Source of the DNA: Spirochaetia bacterium
GTDB taxonomy: Bacteria > Spirochaetota > Spirochaetia > CAKZLE01
Reading direction: 5' to 3'
Assembly: GCA_963677595.1 (NCBI GenBank)
Contig: OY782041.1
Span: 3,200,001-3,264,000 of the forward strand
Length of the DNA: 64,000 nucleotides
In this document: positions 40,201-48,105 of the stretch, one piece after another
How positions within the stretch are numbered: position 1 is the stretch's first letter
How the letters are laid out: each line of letters starts with the position of its first letter
Made by a program: the position numbers and the translations under genes
The notes under the pieces: model-generated
What the model saw: only the letters and a program-made list of their open reading frames with translations
Database searches by the model: none
Told to the model about the DNA's origin: nothing

Positions 40201-42876
40201 AGTAATTATACTTATAAAGTACTTGCATATAATTCTTATGTAACAAGTGCAGAATCTTCTTCTGTCAATGCTTCTCCAGAAATCGTCCTCATTGATGATC
40301 CTGGTTGGGTACGGGTTGGACAGGATTATTTGACAACATTCTATCAAGAAGCTGGTAGTAAGATTCTAACATCCGATGTATTGAATGAGAGTATCTTAAA
40401 AACTGATACAACAGCTTTGGATATACTTGCTGGTGATGTCGATGGTGATGGATTTGATGAGATTATCTATACACAAGATGGTGATGTGTATATATTCTCG
40501 GCATCAGGAGTTTTGAAGAGAACGATCCATACCCCCTACGAATGTGTAATCATAAAACTGCTTGCGGATATTGATGGAGATTCAACTCTTGATATTGGTT
40601 TAGGAACACGGGATGCAGAACCAATGACAGTGGTATTTTATGATGGGAACGGGAATCTACTGAATTCTTTTGTAAATACCCATAGAGGGGCAGGTGCTAG
40701 CGTGTATATCTGGCCGGAAGCTGTAATTGGTACTAATATTCTGATGAGCCTTGATTCAGGTTTTCCTAAAATACCAAGAGGATTCAGTAGTTTTGCTATT
40801 GGTACCCAGCAGGAGAATTGGTATTACCAGGTTGGCCCAATACAAGGGACCCCTGGTGTTTCTATAGCTGATATAGACGCCGATGGGGATTACGACTTCA
40901 CAAGGCATTCAGGGACGGTCCATAATGGAGCGACAGGGAATGATACGACCGATGGTGATAGCTATCTGGTCATTGTCGATGAATCCGGTAATAATGTGCT
41001 AACGCAGATGCATGATTGGAACTCAAATGGTCAGGTTAGGCATACATTCAGTGATCTAGACCATGATGGTGCTTATGAGGTCTTGGCATTTAGGGGGTAT
41101 GACCCACAGTATTATCAAGGAGATAGCAGGATCCAAAAATTCAATGCAGCGGGTACTCTGATTGATGAATATGATAGTGGAATTGATAATCGGAAGTGGG
41201 CTTTCTCTATTGTGGATTTAGATGATAATGGTACTGATGAAATCATTGCTTCCTGTGAATTGAAGACTATTATCTTAGATAGTGAATTAAATCAGATAGA
41301 TGAAGTATTAATATCAGGTATGGTCCAATGCACATCAGACCTGAATGGAGATGGACATATAGAGATTGTGCTTTTAGACGATAATACAGGGTTGTTATCG
41401 ATCTTAGATGATACGTTAAATACTATAACTTCAAAAAACATAGGGCAGAAATCTAGTGGGCATGGGTATACCCAAGTCATTGCTTCAGATATCGATAACG
41501 ATGATGTTGTAGAATTGATTTCTATCACTGATTCACTTAGAGTCCTTGAATTCAAGATAGGTCCGGATGCTCCTGCAAATGTGGATATCAGATCAACAAT
41601 GACGACTGTTGCTTTAGTATGGGAAGGTTCGCAAGAGGGTGTTGATTATAAAATCTATAGGGATAGTCAAGAAAATGGGGACTATGAAACCCAGGTATAC
41701 AGCGGTCAGGAAAGCTTCTACATTGATGAAACCCTTGTTGCAGGTTCTTCTTACTACTATAAAATCGAAGTGATTGATGGAAGTGGGAATAGTGCTATAA
41801 CAGATGCTTTTAGGATCAGTACAAAAACGAAATCACAGGTGAAGATTGCATTAATTAACCCTGATTACAAACGAATTCTGAAAGCCGGGGTTTTCTTAAG
41901 TGAGCCAAGTTATTCAGATCGAGAATATTGGATTAAAACCGCTGGTATGATCGAGCTTGCTGATTCTTGCGACAAGAGCGATCCATCGAATTGGACTGGA
42001 TATGGAGAGCAGTCGGATTTTGTTTCAGATCAACTAATTCAGGAAGGATATACTGTGGATTTGTATACTGCCGATGAGTTCATCAGTATTGATGAAGGAT
42101 TGTATGATCTTATAATCATTCAGGATCCGTTGAATGAAAACTTCTCAGTAGGTTCTTGGGAACATTATATGGTCAATCCTCTTCCAGACCTCATTGAGAA
42201 TGTTAGTACAGGGTTCATCAATCAAATCAATGATTTCATTGATGAAGATGGTCGGGTCATGTTTGTCGGGGATGCGTTGAAGCTATTGGAAGATGGAGAT
42301 TCCTTAAGGTTGAATCGGGGTAAGAGTATTAGTGACTATTCTCCAAGTAATGTGCAATCAAATCCTAATGATCAATTACCAGGGAAATGGTTGTTTATTC
42401 GGGGTAATCCTTTCTGTGGGTATAACAGAAACGGTAGTAGTACCTATACCATAAGAACCAGTTCGCTATTGCCATCGAGTACTCCGCTAAGCTCACAACG
42501 ACTGTTCAATGGTAATGACTTACCTGAAAGTGTGATATGGAGTGATACATTCTATCGGCCATCCGATGCGATATCACTTGCTGATATTAATATTTCAGGT
42601 TCTGGTGATTATGTCCTGACAGGTTCAACTTGTAATCCTCCTGTTTATCACGTTACAGTTAATGATAATATTTCTAAGTTTGCTGGGTACACAACAATAT
42701 CAAATCGAAAGTATTATTATCTGAGTAGTGATAGTTTTTTCGACTTTCTGTATATAGATCGAAATGGAGCTTGGCATTCTGGTGAAGCGCTAGAGATGCA
42801 GAACACCATTCTTGATGGAGGTAAGTTATTGCTTTCCCGTTTGGTCTATTCAGCTATTGAAGAATATTATGAGTAA
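37300..42876 (+). CDS. Very large lipoprotein: PKD, fn3, 2x(fn3-fn3-FG-GAP propeller), fn3, unknown C-terminal domain
   Basis: Likely start MKKKQ at 37300; lipobox LVG-C; PVADAG...LNGSGS...YSW (PKD); repeated TYYYK fn3; D-x-DGD-x-x-x-EI repeats; C-terminus homologous to that of the 30192 gene. Confidence 0.85.
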   Translation: MKKKQYIFTILFLLSILVGCTWFFNELPVADAGEFQIVTVGDVVLLNGSGSSSYWDKSVDYSWDILYGPIGYDLEELVISNSTSPSASFIVPEAGDYYIQLTVEDSRGVSSDEVIIRAYDTPVLPESINFYDITESTISVSWSEVKGASEYSLYRADSDLTQFSDDDLIYRGKGLSYTDCGLQQDQTYYYKMQLQNPIGITSLADCQVMPAATLLLPPDKPENVLIQGDSSTSLRISWDTVEYATSYKVYRDTDVAGLFTDLIFDDSETSCVDTGLQEQTTYYYKIKALNRVGESPFSSMVSGTPFFQLTTPPSNFRIIDIGFSSIDLSWDAVANANEYKLMRSENGITFSICYSGSGTTFKDTGLESGTTYYYKVYAQNNYSTSETSSEISTSTKIMPESTGDAWIRGGQDYLCTFHLEEGSKVQTSSSLITSELMTIANTNILAGDIDGDDDQEIVYAADGKVYIYDPSGVLERLFSIPVSEPFISLLADIDDDGVLDIGIGSSNADPMKAYFYSGSGIQMKEFTNTHRGTGDGVLIFPTAVYNGSVLMGLAAGSPRIPRGLSSFDLISEVENWYYQVGPATWTEISIADFDADENLEFILGSITTHNGASGNGTTDDDNYIMIVDEDGNNDLTQMHDANSNGFVKQVFTDLDHDQQYEILAFRNYDSSSYFGDTRIQKFNTSGTLIDEFDSGLDNKEWTFSIVNIVGDNDDEIVGMCETAIFILDSNLNLLLQKSFYGLLQCTADLNGDGNIEVVIYNDSTGILSVLNDELILIDSLDIGRKSNGKVIAADIDNDAVVELISSTDKLRIVEFNRIPDTPEGVRIVFQNEGSVTIACDEQDIADTYSFYKSVSVSGPFSTLVYSGDQWQCSETNLDPGTVIYYAAQASNSYGSSDLSSPIQVLIDLLAPSNLQIIEIDSESVSLEWDTSINATGYRLYRSQDGGDFAVCYDGGQSWYVDNAVSAGSNYTYKVLAYNSYVTSAESSSVNASPEIVLIDDPGWVRVGQDYLTTFYQEAGSKILTSDVLNESILKTDTTALDILAGDVDGDGFDEIIYTQDGDVYIFSASGVLKRTIHTPYECVIIKLLADIDGDSTLDIGLGTRDAEPMTVVFYDGNGNLLNSFVNTHRGAGASVYIWPEAVIGTNILMSLDSGFPKIPRGFSSFAIGTQQENWYYQVGPIQGTPGVSIADIDADGDYDFTRHSGTVHNGATGNDTTDGDSYLVIVDESGNNVLTQMHDWNSNGQVRHTFSDLDHDGAYEVLAFRGYDPQYYQGDSRIQKFNAAGTLIDEYDSGIDNRKWAFSIVDLDDNGTDEIIASCELKTIILDSELNQIDEVLISGMVQCTSDLNGDGHIEIVLLDDNTGLLSILDDTLNTITSKNIGQKSSGHGYTQVIASDIDNDDVVELISITDSLRVLEFKIGPDAPANVDIRSTMTTVALVWEGSQEGVDYKIYRDSQENGDYETQVYSGQESFYIDETLVAGSSYYYKIEVIDGSGNSAITDAFRISTKTKSQVKIALINPDYKRILKAGVFLSEPSYSDREYWIKTAGMIELADSCDKSDPSNWTGYGEQSDFVSDQLIQEGYTVDLYTADEFISIDEGLYDLIIIQDPLNENFSVGSWEHYMVNPLPDLIENVSTGFINQINDFIDEDGRVMFVGDALKLLEDGDSLRLNRGKSISDYSPSNVQSNPNDQLPGKWLFIRGNPFCGYNRNGSSTYTIRTSSLLPSSTPLSSQRLFNGNDLPESVIWSDTFYRPSDAISLADINISGSGDYVLTGSTCNPPVYHVTVNDNISKFAGYTTISNRKYYYLSSDSFFDFLYIDRNGAWHSGEALEMQNTILDGGKLLLSRLVYSAIEEYYE

Positions 42877-42877
42877 A

Positions 42878-42908
42878 GCATCAATCTATTCCATAAATAG
42901 ATTGATGC
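42878..42908 (+). terminator. Stem-loop directly after stop codon
   Basis: GCATCAATCTATT-ccata-AATAGATTGATGC, 13-bp perfect stem. Confidence 0.65.
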
Positions 42909-43202
42909 CTCTCATGCGAGGTTTTGTTTCGTAACAGGTAGAAGAATATACGGATATACCCATCTAAGTAAAACCATAGATGACAGCTTGCACAAGTAGA
43001 GCGTAAATCGGGAGGACAAGCAGTCTTGTTCTCTCCAATATAACTGGGTAGGGGCTCTCCTCTAGCTCTCGATCCCGACCATGAATCCCCTCATTCCTTT
43101 CACTTTCCTCACTGGGTAAGATAAAGAATTTCACAGCTGTATTGGAGGGCAGTAAAACGATACCATGAGTAGTTGAATTACTTCACATGGAGGTTTTTAC
43201 TG

Positions 43203-45008
43203 ATGAATAAGACGCAACGTTTGCGGCATCTGGCACCACTCGTTTCTCTGCTGGTACTCCTGCTGCTCTGCCTGACAGGCTGTGACCTGATCTCGGGCAT
43301 GCTCGAGGAGAAGCGGGGTTCCCTGCTCCTCGAGTTCACTGATGAAGAAGCAAGGGGAATACCGGTATTCACCCCCGATATCTCGATGGAGATAGACAGC
43401 TATGAGATCTCCGGTACAGGACCGGATGCTGGCGTCATACATGCAGCCGGCATTACTGGTGAGTACCATGTCGTGCAGGAGCTTGCCGTGGGGCTCTGGC
43501 AGTTCACGATCTCAGGACACAATGCTGAAGGACAGAAGGTAGCTGAAGCTACGCTCCCGGTCACGATCAGGAGGAACCAGACGACTGAGGAGGAGGTGAC
43601 CCTCAAACCGCTCGAGGGGCAGGGTAAGATCCTGCTTGATCTGTCATGGATAGACGACCATGACCTGATCACAAATCCCCAGGTCGCGGTTTCAATCCAG
43701 CCATCAGACCTGCAGGTATCACCGGAAGGTCTGGTGATTACCGGAAGCCAGGATGACCGGATACAGCAGCAGATCGAGGTTGATGCCGGTTGGTATCTGC
43801 TCACTGCAGCCATCTTTGACGGGGATCCGGCAGAGTCAGGTAACACAGCGCTCTGGCAGGGCATCTGCTCCGTCAGGATCGTGAAGGACCACGAGACAGA
43901 ACTCTCCCACCAGGTCAGTGAGGACGAGATCAGGATGCAGGGAACCGGGACTGCCTCGGTGCTCATCTCAGAAGATATGCAGAACCAGTTCGAAGTCACC
44001 TATTCCGGTGATGCTGAAGACCTCTACCCTGATGAGAGCGCGACCTTCAGGGTCTCCTCTTCCCACTGTGCCCAAGCCGAGTACCGATGGTACGTGAACG
44101 GCAGATACCAGCCTGATGAACATGGTACAGAGCTTTGCTACCAGTTCCTGACCCCCGGCCACTACCGTATATCGCTTTTTGTCATCGAGAATGGGGCGAT
44201 CTGCGGCTACGACACCTCAGTCGAGGTCCTGACCCCGATACCGGTCACAGGGATCGTGATCGAGGAGGGAAGTACCCTGAGCATGACTGCCGGTATCAGG
44301 GAAGAGCTCCATGCCGTACTCACCCCGTCAGATGCGACAAACAGGGGTATCACGTGGAGCAGCAGCGCCCCCGAGATCATCGCCGTATCAGATGCAGGTG
44401 CCCTTACTTCGATGAGGGCGGGAACAGCGGTCATCACTGCAGCATCAGCAGGTGATCCCGGCATTTCTGCTTCCTGTACCGTGACCTCCGCTTTCTCGGC
44501 TATTGGGGACTATGGACCGGCCGGCGGCAGGGTCTTCTATGTCGATACCGAGGATGCATATCCTGGATGGACCTATATGACAGTCGCTCCCATGACAGAA
44601 GCGAAGGAACTGCCCTGGGGTGCTGACGACCTCGATATGACGGAGACGTATACTGCTATCGGGGCCGGGAAGGGCAATACTGATCGTATCCTCCTCTATC
44701 TAGGCAATAGCACCTACATGAACTCTGCTATCTCTTCATATTCTACGTATGCAGCGAAATACTGTGCAGCCTTCAGTATGAACGGTTATGATGACTGGTT
44801 CCTTCCGTCCCAGGATGAGCTTGGGCTGCTATCACTGCAGTGGTATCCTCTTCAACTTGGAGGGTATGGGAATGGTGGAGGATCACCTGCGTGGTCTTCC
44901 AGTTCCTATGATGGTGACAACGCCCATATGACATACATCATGGGTGGGAGCCAGAGTACTTGGGGAAAATGGGGTACAGCCTTGGCCGTACCGGTAAGAA
45001 GATATTAA
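43203..45008 (+). CDS. Lipoprotein: three-domain module, Big_2 and DUF1566-like domain
   Basis: GGAGGT RBS; lipobox LTG-C; EEAR-G; GLWQFTISGHN, EGQGKILLDLSW, YRWYVNG; PSDATNRGITWSSS; IGDYGPAGGRVFY, DDWFLPSQDEL, WSSS, PVRRY. Confidence 0.8.
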   Translation: MNKTQRLRHLAPLVSLLVLLLLCLTGCDLISGMLEEKRGSLLLEFTDEEARGIPVFTPDISMEIDSYEISGTGPDAGVIHAAGITGEYHVVQELAVGLWQFTISGHNAEGQKVAEATLPVTIRRNQTTEEEVTLKPLEGQGKILLDLSWIDDHDLITNPQVAVSIQPSDLQVSPEGLVITGSQDDRIQQQIEVDAGWYLLTAAIFDGDPAESGNTALWQGICSVRIVKDHETELSHQVSEDEIRMQGTGTASVLISEDMQNQFEVTYSGDAEDLYPDESATFRVSSSHCAQAEYRWYVNGRYQPDEHGTELCYQFLTPGHYRISLFVIENGAICGYDTSVEVLTPIPVTGIVIEEGSTLSMTAGIREELHAVLTPSDATNRGITWSSSAPEIIAVSDAGALTSMRAGTAVITAASAGDPGISASCTVTSAFSAIGDYGPAGGRVFYVDTEDAYPGWTYMTVAPMTEAKELPWGADDLDMTETYTAIGAGKGNTDRILLYLGNSTYMNSAISSYSTYAAKYCAAFSMNGYDDWFLPSQDELGLLSLQWYPLQLGGYGNGGGSPAWSSSSYDGDNAHMTYIMGGSQSTWGKWGTALAVPVRRY

Positions 45009-45016
45009 CTCCTATC

Positions 45017-45055
45017 ACCCATCCGGCAGTTGGGTTGTCCCTCTGCCGGATGGGT
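45017..45055 (+). terminator. Stem-loop after DUF1566 gene
   Basis: ACCCATCCGGCAG-13nt-CTGCCGGATGGGT, 13-bp perfect stem. Confidence 0.65.
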
Positions 45056-45156
45056 TCTGATTAATGTATAGAATAAGTACTGCCTAAGTATGTACATTGT
45101 ATGTAATATGTACTATTATATACATATATTCCGGATGGTAAGGAGCGCGATACCAT

Positions 45157-45435
45157 ATGGCAGTAAAAGCAGATACCAGCATGACGATTCGCATGAATCG
45201 GGAGGTGAAGGAGATGGCTCAAAAGATATTCTCAGAGCTTGGCATCGATATGTCCACTGCAGTGAATGTTTTCCTCAGGCAGGTTATCTTCCATAACGGG
45301 TTCCCGTTTGAGGTGAGGCTGAAGACCCCGAACCCCGTGACACGGGCTGCGATGGAATCCGCTGAGAACGATGAGGATATATACGGTCCCTATGATCGTG
45401 TCTCGAGCTTGATGGATGAGCTGAACCAGAAATAG
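45157..45435 (+). CDS. RelB/DinJ-family antitoxin (no adjacent toxin)
   Basis: AAGGAG RBS; MTIRMN-x-EVKE-x-A...LGIDMSTAVNVFLRQ...GFPFEV...PN-x-x-T-x-x-AM. Confidence 0.85.
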   Translation: MAVKADTSMTIRMNREVKEMAQKIFSELGIDMSTAVNVFLRQVIFHNGFPFEVRLKTPNPVTRAAMESAENDEDIYGPYDRVSSLMDELNQK

Positions 45436-45534
45436 CGATCTATTCTAATCCCCCTGATACGATACCTCTGCCCCATGAACAAAATCCCTGAACATGCTAC
45501 ACTGCGGTCATACACGTAGGATACATCAGGAGCC

Positions 45535-46833
45535 ATGCACATGAAACAGGTATTCAAGGGCGATATCGCCTATAGTAAAAATAAAGAAGAATTATCGGTC
45601 CATCCGGACAGCTTTATCATCGTCTCAGACGGTATCGTCGAGGGGATCTATCCGGTTGTGCCCGAGGAGTACAAGAACCTCCCATTGGTTGATTATACCG
45701 GGAAGCTGATCATCCCGGCCTTCTCCGACCTGCACCTCCATGCCTCCCAGTACTACCAGCGGGGAGTGGGGATGGACAAGCTGCTCCTCGACTGGCTCGA
45801 TACCTACACCTTCCCGCAGGAGAGCGGCTTCGCTGACATGGAGTATGCGAAGGGAGCATATGACCGCTTCACACGGGATCTGATACGCCATGGGACGCTC
45901 CATGCGGCTATCTATACCACCATCCATTATGATGCCTCTGACTACCTCTTCAGGTTATGGGACTCCTTAGGCCTCTACGGGTATATCGGAAAGCTCAACA
46001 TGGACCAGAACTGTCCCGACAGCCTGAAAGAAGATAAGAGCACCTCCATACAGGAGACCGAACGGTTCATCCTCGAACATGGCGGCAGCCCGACGGTGAA
46101 ACCCATCGTCACCCCGCGATTCGCCATCTCCTGCACCGAGGAACTCATTGCCGGGCTAGGTAAGCTGGTGAGGAAGTACCAGGTGCCGGTCCAGACCCAT
46201 CTGTGCGAATCGCGGGAGGAGATAGCTGCAGTCAAGGAGCTCTTCCCTGCCTATTCCTATGATGCGGAGATCTATGAGAAGTACGGGCTCATCGGGAACA
46301 GCCTTGCGATCATGGCTCACTGCATCTACCTGCAGGATGATGATATCAGGGCTATGCACAGCAATGGGTGTGTCGCGGTTCACTGCCCGGACTCCAACAT
46401 CAATGTGACCGCCGGTTTGATGCCGGCAAGGGAACTGTCAGACGGGGGGATGCGGATAGCACTCGGCAGCGACATCGGCGGGGGACACGACATCCCCATC
46501 TACCGGGCAGCCGCACGGGCGATCCAGGTGTCGAAGCTGAGGAGCCTGCTCAACGCAGGTGAGGAGAAGATCGGGCTCCCTGAAGCCTTCCATTTTGCCA
46601 CACGGGCAGGAGGGGAGTGCTTTGGGAAGATGGGAGCCTTCGAGCCCGGGTACCATTTCAACGCCCTGGTGATCGATGACGATGACCTCCAGGGACTTGA
46701 TGTGGGGATACCGGAGCGGATAGAACGGTTCTGCTACATAGGGGATGACCGCAACATAGCTTCCCGCTATGTTAACGGCCGTCTCCTGGAGATCCCTGAA
46801 GTCCCTATCGCGCCTCGGAGAAGCTTGCAGTAA
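45535..46833 (+). CDS. guaD: Guanine deaminase (amidohydrolase)
   Basis: PAFSDLHLHASQY, LLDWL-x-x-YTFP-x-E, TPRFA-x-SCT, QTHL-x-E, AHCI, HCP-x-SN, GSDIGGG. Confidence 0.85.
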   Translation: MHMKQVFKGDIAYSKNKEELSVHPDSFIIVSDGIVEGIYPVVPEEYKNLPLVDYTGKLIIPAFSDLHLHASQYYQRGVGMDKLLLDWLDTYTFPQESGFADMEYAKGAYDRFTRDLIRHGTLHAAIYTTIHYDASDYLFRLWDSLGLYGYIGKLNMDQNCPDSLKEDKSTSIQETERFILEHGGSPTVKPIVTPRFAISCTEELIAGLGKLVRKYQVPVQTHLCESREEIAAVKELFPAYSYDAEIYEKYGLIGNSLAIMAHCIYLQDDDIRAMHSNGCVAVHCPDSNINVTAGLMPARELSDGGMRIALGSDIGGGHDIPIYRAAARAIQVSKLRSLLNAGEEKIGLPEAFHFATRAGGECFGKMGAFEPGYHFNALVIDDDDLQGLDVGIPERIERFCYIGDDRNIASRYVNGRLLEIPEVPIAPRRSLQ

Positions 46834-47659
46834 CAGCATTGGCAGCTGCAGGCCTCAGGTAGTTATAGAACTGCTGGGAGAACTTGACGAGCATGTTCAT
46901 CCCCTGGATCGGGCGGCCGTAGGTATGCAGGACCTCTACCACCGCCTCCTCGAAGATGTCGGCGACCTTGTCTACGCTCGCATCGTCGGGGGTACTCCTG
47001 TTGATGAAGACCCTGCTCACCTGGAACCCTGACCGTGCAAGACTGTTCCTGACGAAGAGTGAGTTCTCGAGGTCGTTCAGGTCAGGATTGACCACCATGG
47101 TGATCTCGGTGAGGGCTGGGTTGATCAGGATGTCGAAGAGCTCCTCGAACCTGCACAGCATAGCCTCTACCTTCTTGATCTTCCCCGTCTTCCCTGCGCT
47201 GACATCAGCCTGCAGGAGCCTGTTGAGGTTCCTGATGCTGTTCAGCGGCAGCGTGATCGTCTGGATGAAGTCGAAGAAGGCCGGGCCGTCGAAGTAGATC
47301 TCATCGTAGGAACTTGAGCTCACAGCCTCCTGGATGATCGAGAGGATCTTCATCGACCGCTCATCCGGTGTCTCATCGAGGTATTCGGAGACAGCCATCA
47401 GGTCATGCTTCTTCGAGATTCGCGAACCGATCCCCGGCCTCTTCTGATCGAGGTCGATACCGGTGACGGTGAGCTCCTTCGAGATGCGTTTGAGCTTCCT
47501 GCCGATGTTCATCTGGAAGATGTAGTCCATGCTCTTTACGGGATCGAGGGAGATCAGAAGAGTCCTCTTCCCATGCATAGCTGCCCGTACTGCTGCCATC
47601 GAAGCGCAAGTCGATTTTCCACATCCGTCCTTCCCTGTTACTAAGTGCAATACTGCCAT
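46805..47659 (-). CDS. ArsA/Get3-like P-loop ATPase, degenerate
   Basis: AAGGAG RBS before ATG 47659; GKDGCGKST Walker A; KRTLLISLDP; YDEIYFDGP; VVNPD; FINR. Confidence 0.7.
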   Translation of the reverse strand: MAVLHLVTGKDGCGKSTCASMAAVRAAMHGKRTLLISLDPVKSMDYIFQMNIGRKLKRISKELTVTGIDLDQKRPGIGSRISKKHDLMAVSEYLDETPDERSMKILSIIQEAVSSSSYDEIYFDGPAFFDFIQTITLPLNSIRNLNRLLQADVSAGKTGKIKKVEAMLCRFEELFDILINPALTEITMVVNPDLNDLENSLFVRNSLARSGFQVSRVFINRSTPDDASVDKVADIFEEAVVEVLHTYGRPIQGMNMLVKFSQQFYNYLRPAAANAVTASFSEAR

Positions 47660-48105
47660 ACTGTTACTCCTTACATATGGTATGTTCGTGATAGGGGGCG
47701 AATCATAAAGAGACAGAAGTGGCATGAGAAGGATCTCAATAGGGTTGGGCAGTAAAACGGTCAGCAGCAGATCCTGAATACCAGTCGTATCCAAGCAGAA
47801 CAAGTTGTGTCCTGAGCCATCCAGGAAGCTTCGCTGGGTGTAGGAAAACCCTTAGAAATACTTGTCAAGCTACTTACTCTCTATAATTTACTGTTTACTG
47901 CTAATTTAACTATATCATAGATAGCATCAATACGATAACTCTTGTCGGTAAATTATGTCATTTTAACAAAAAAGCTTATCGTACCCGATTTCTACCCACT
48001 GATACAGCAATGTTCTACCTGAATGTAACAGCATCTTCAACCATAGCAGGTGAAGATGGTAACATCACAGGCTGTATGCTATCCCTTAAGGCATGCCTTA
48101 TACTG

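Noticed and set aside
47660-48105. Riboswitch, tRNA or other ncRNA in the long intergenic regions
   Set aside because: No recognisable conserved RNA motif by eye; an Infernal/Rfam search would be needed.
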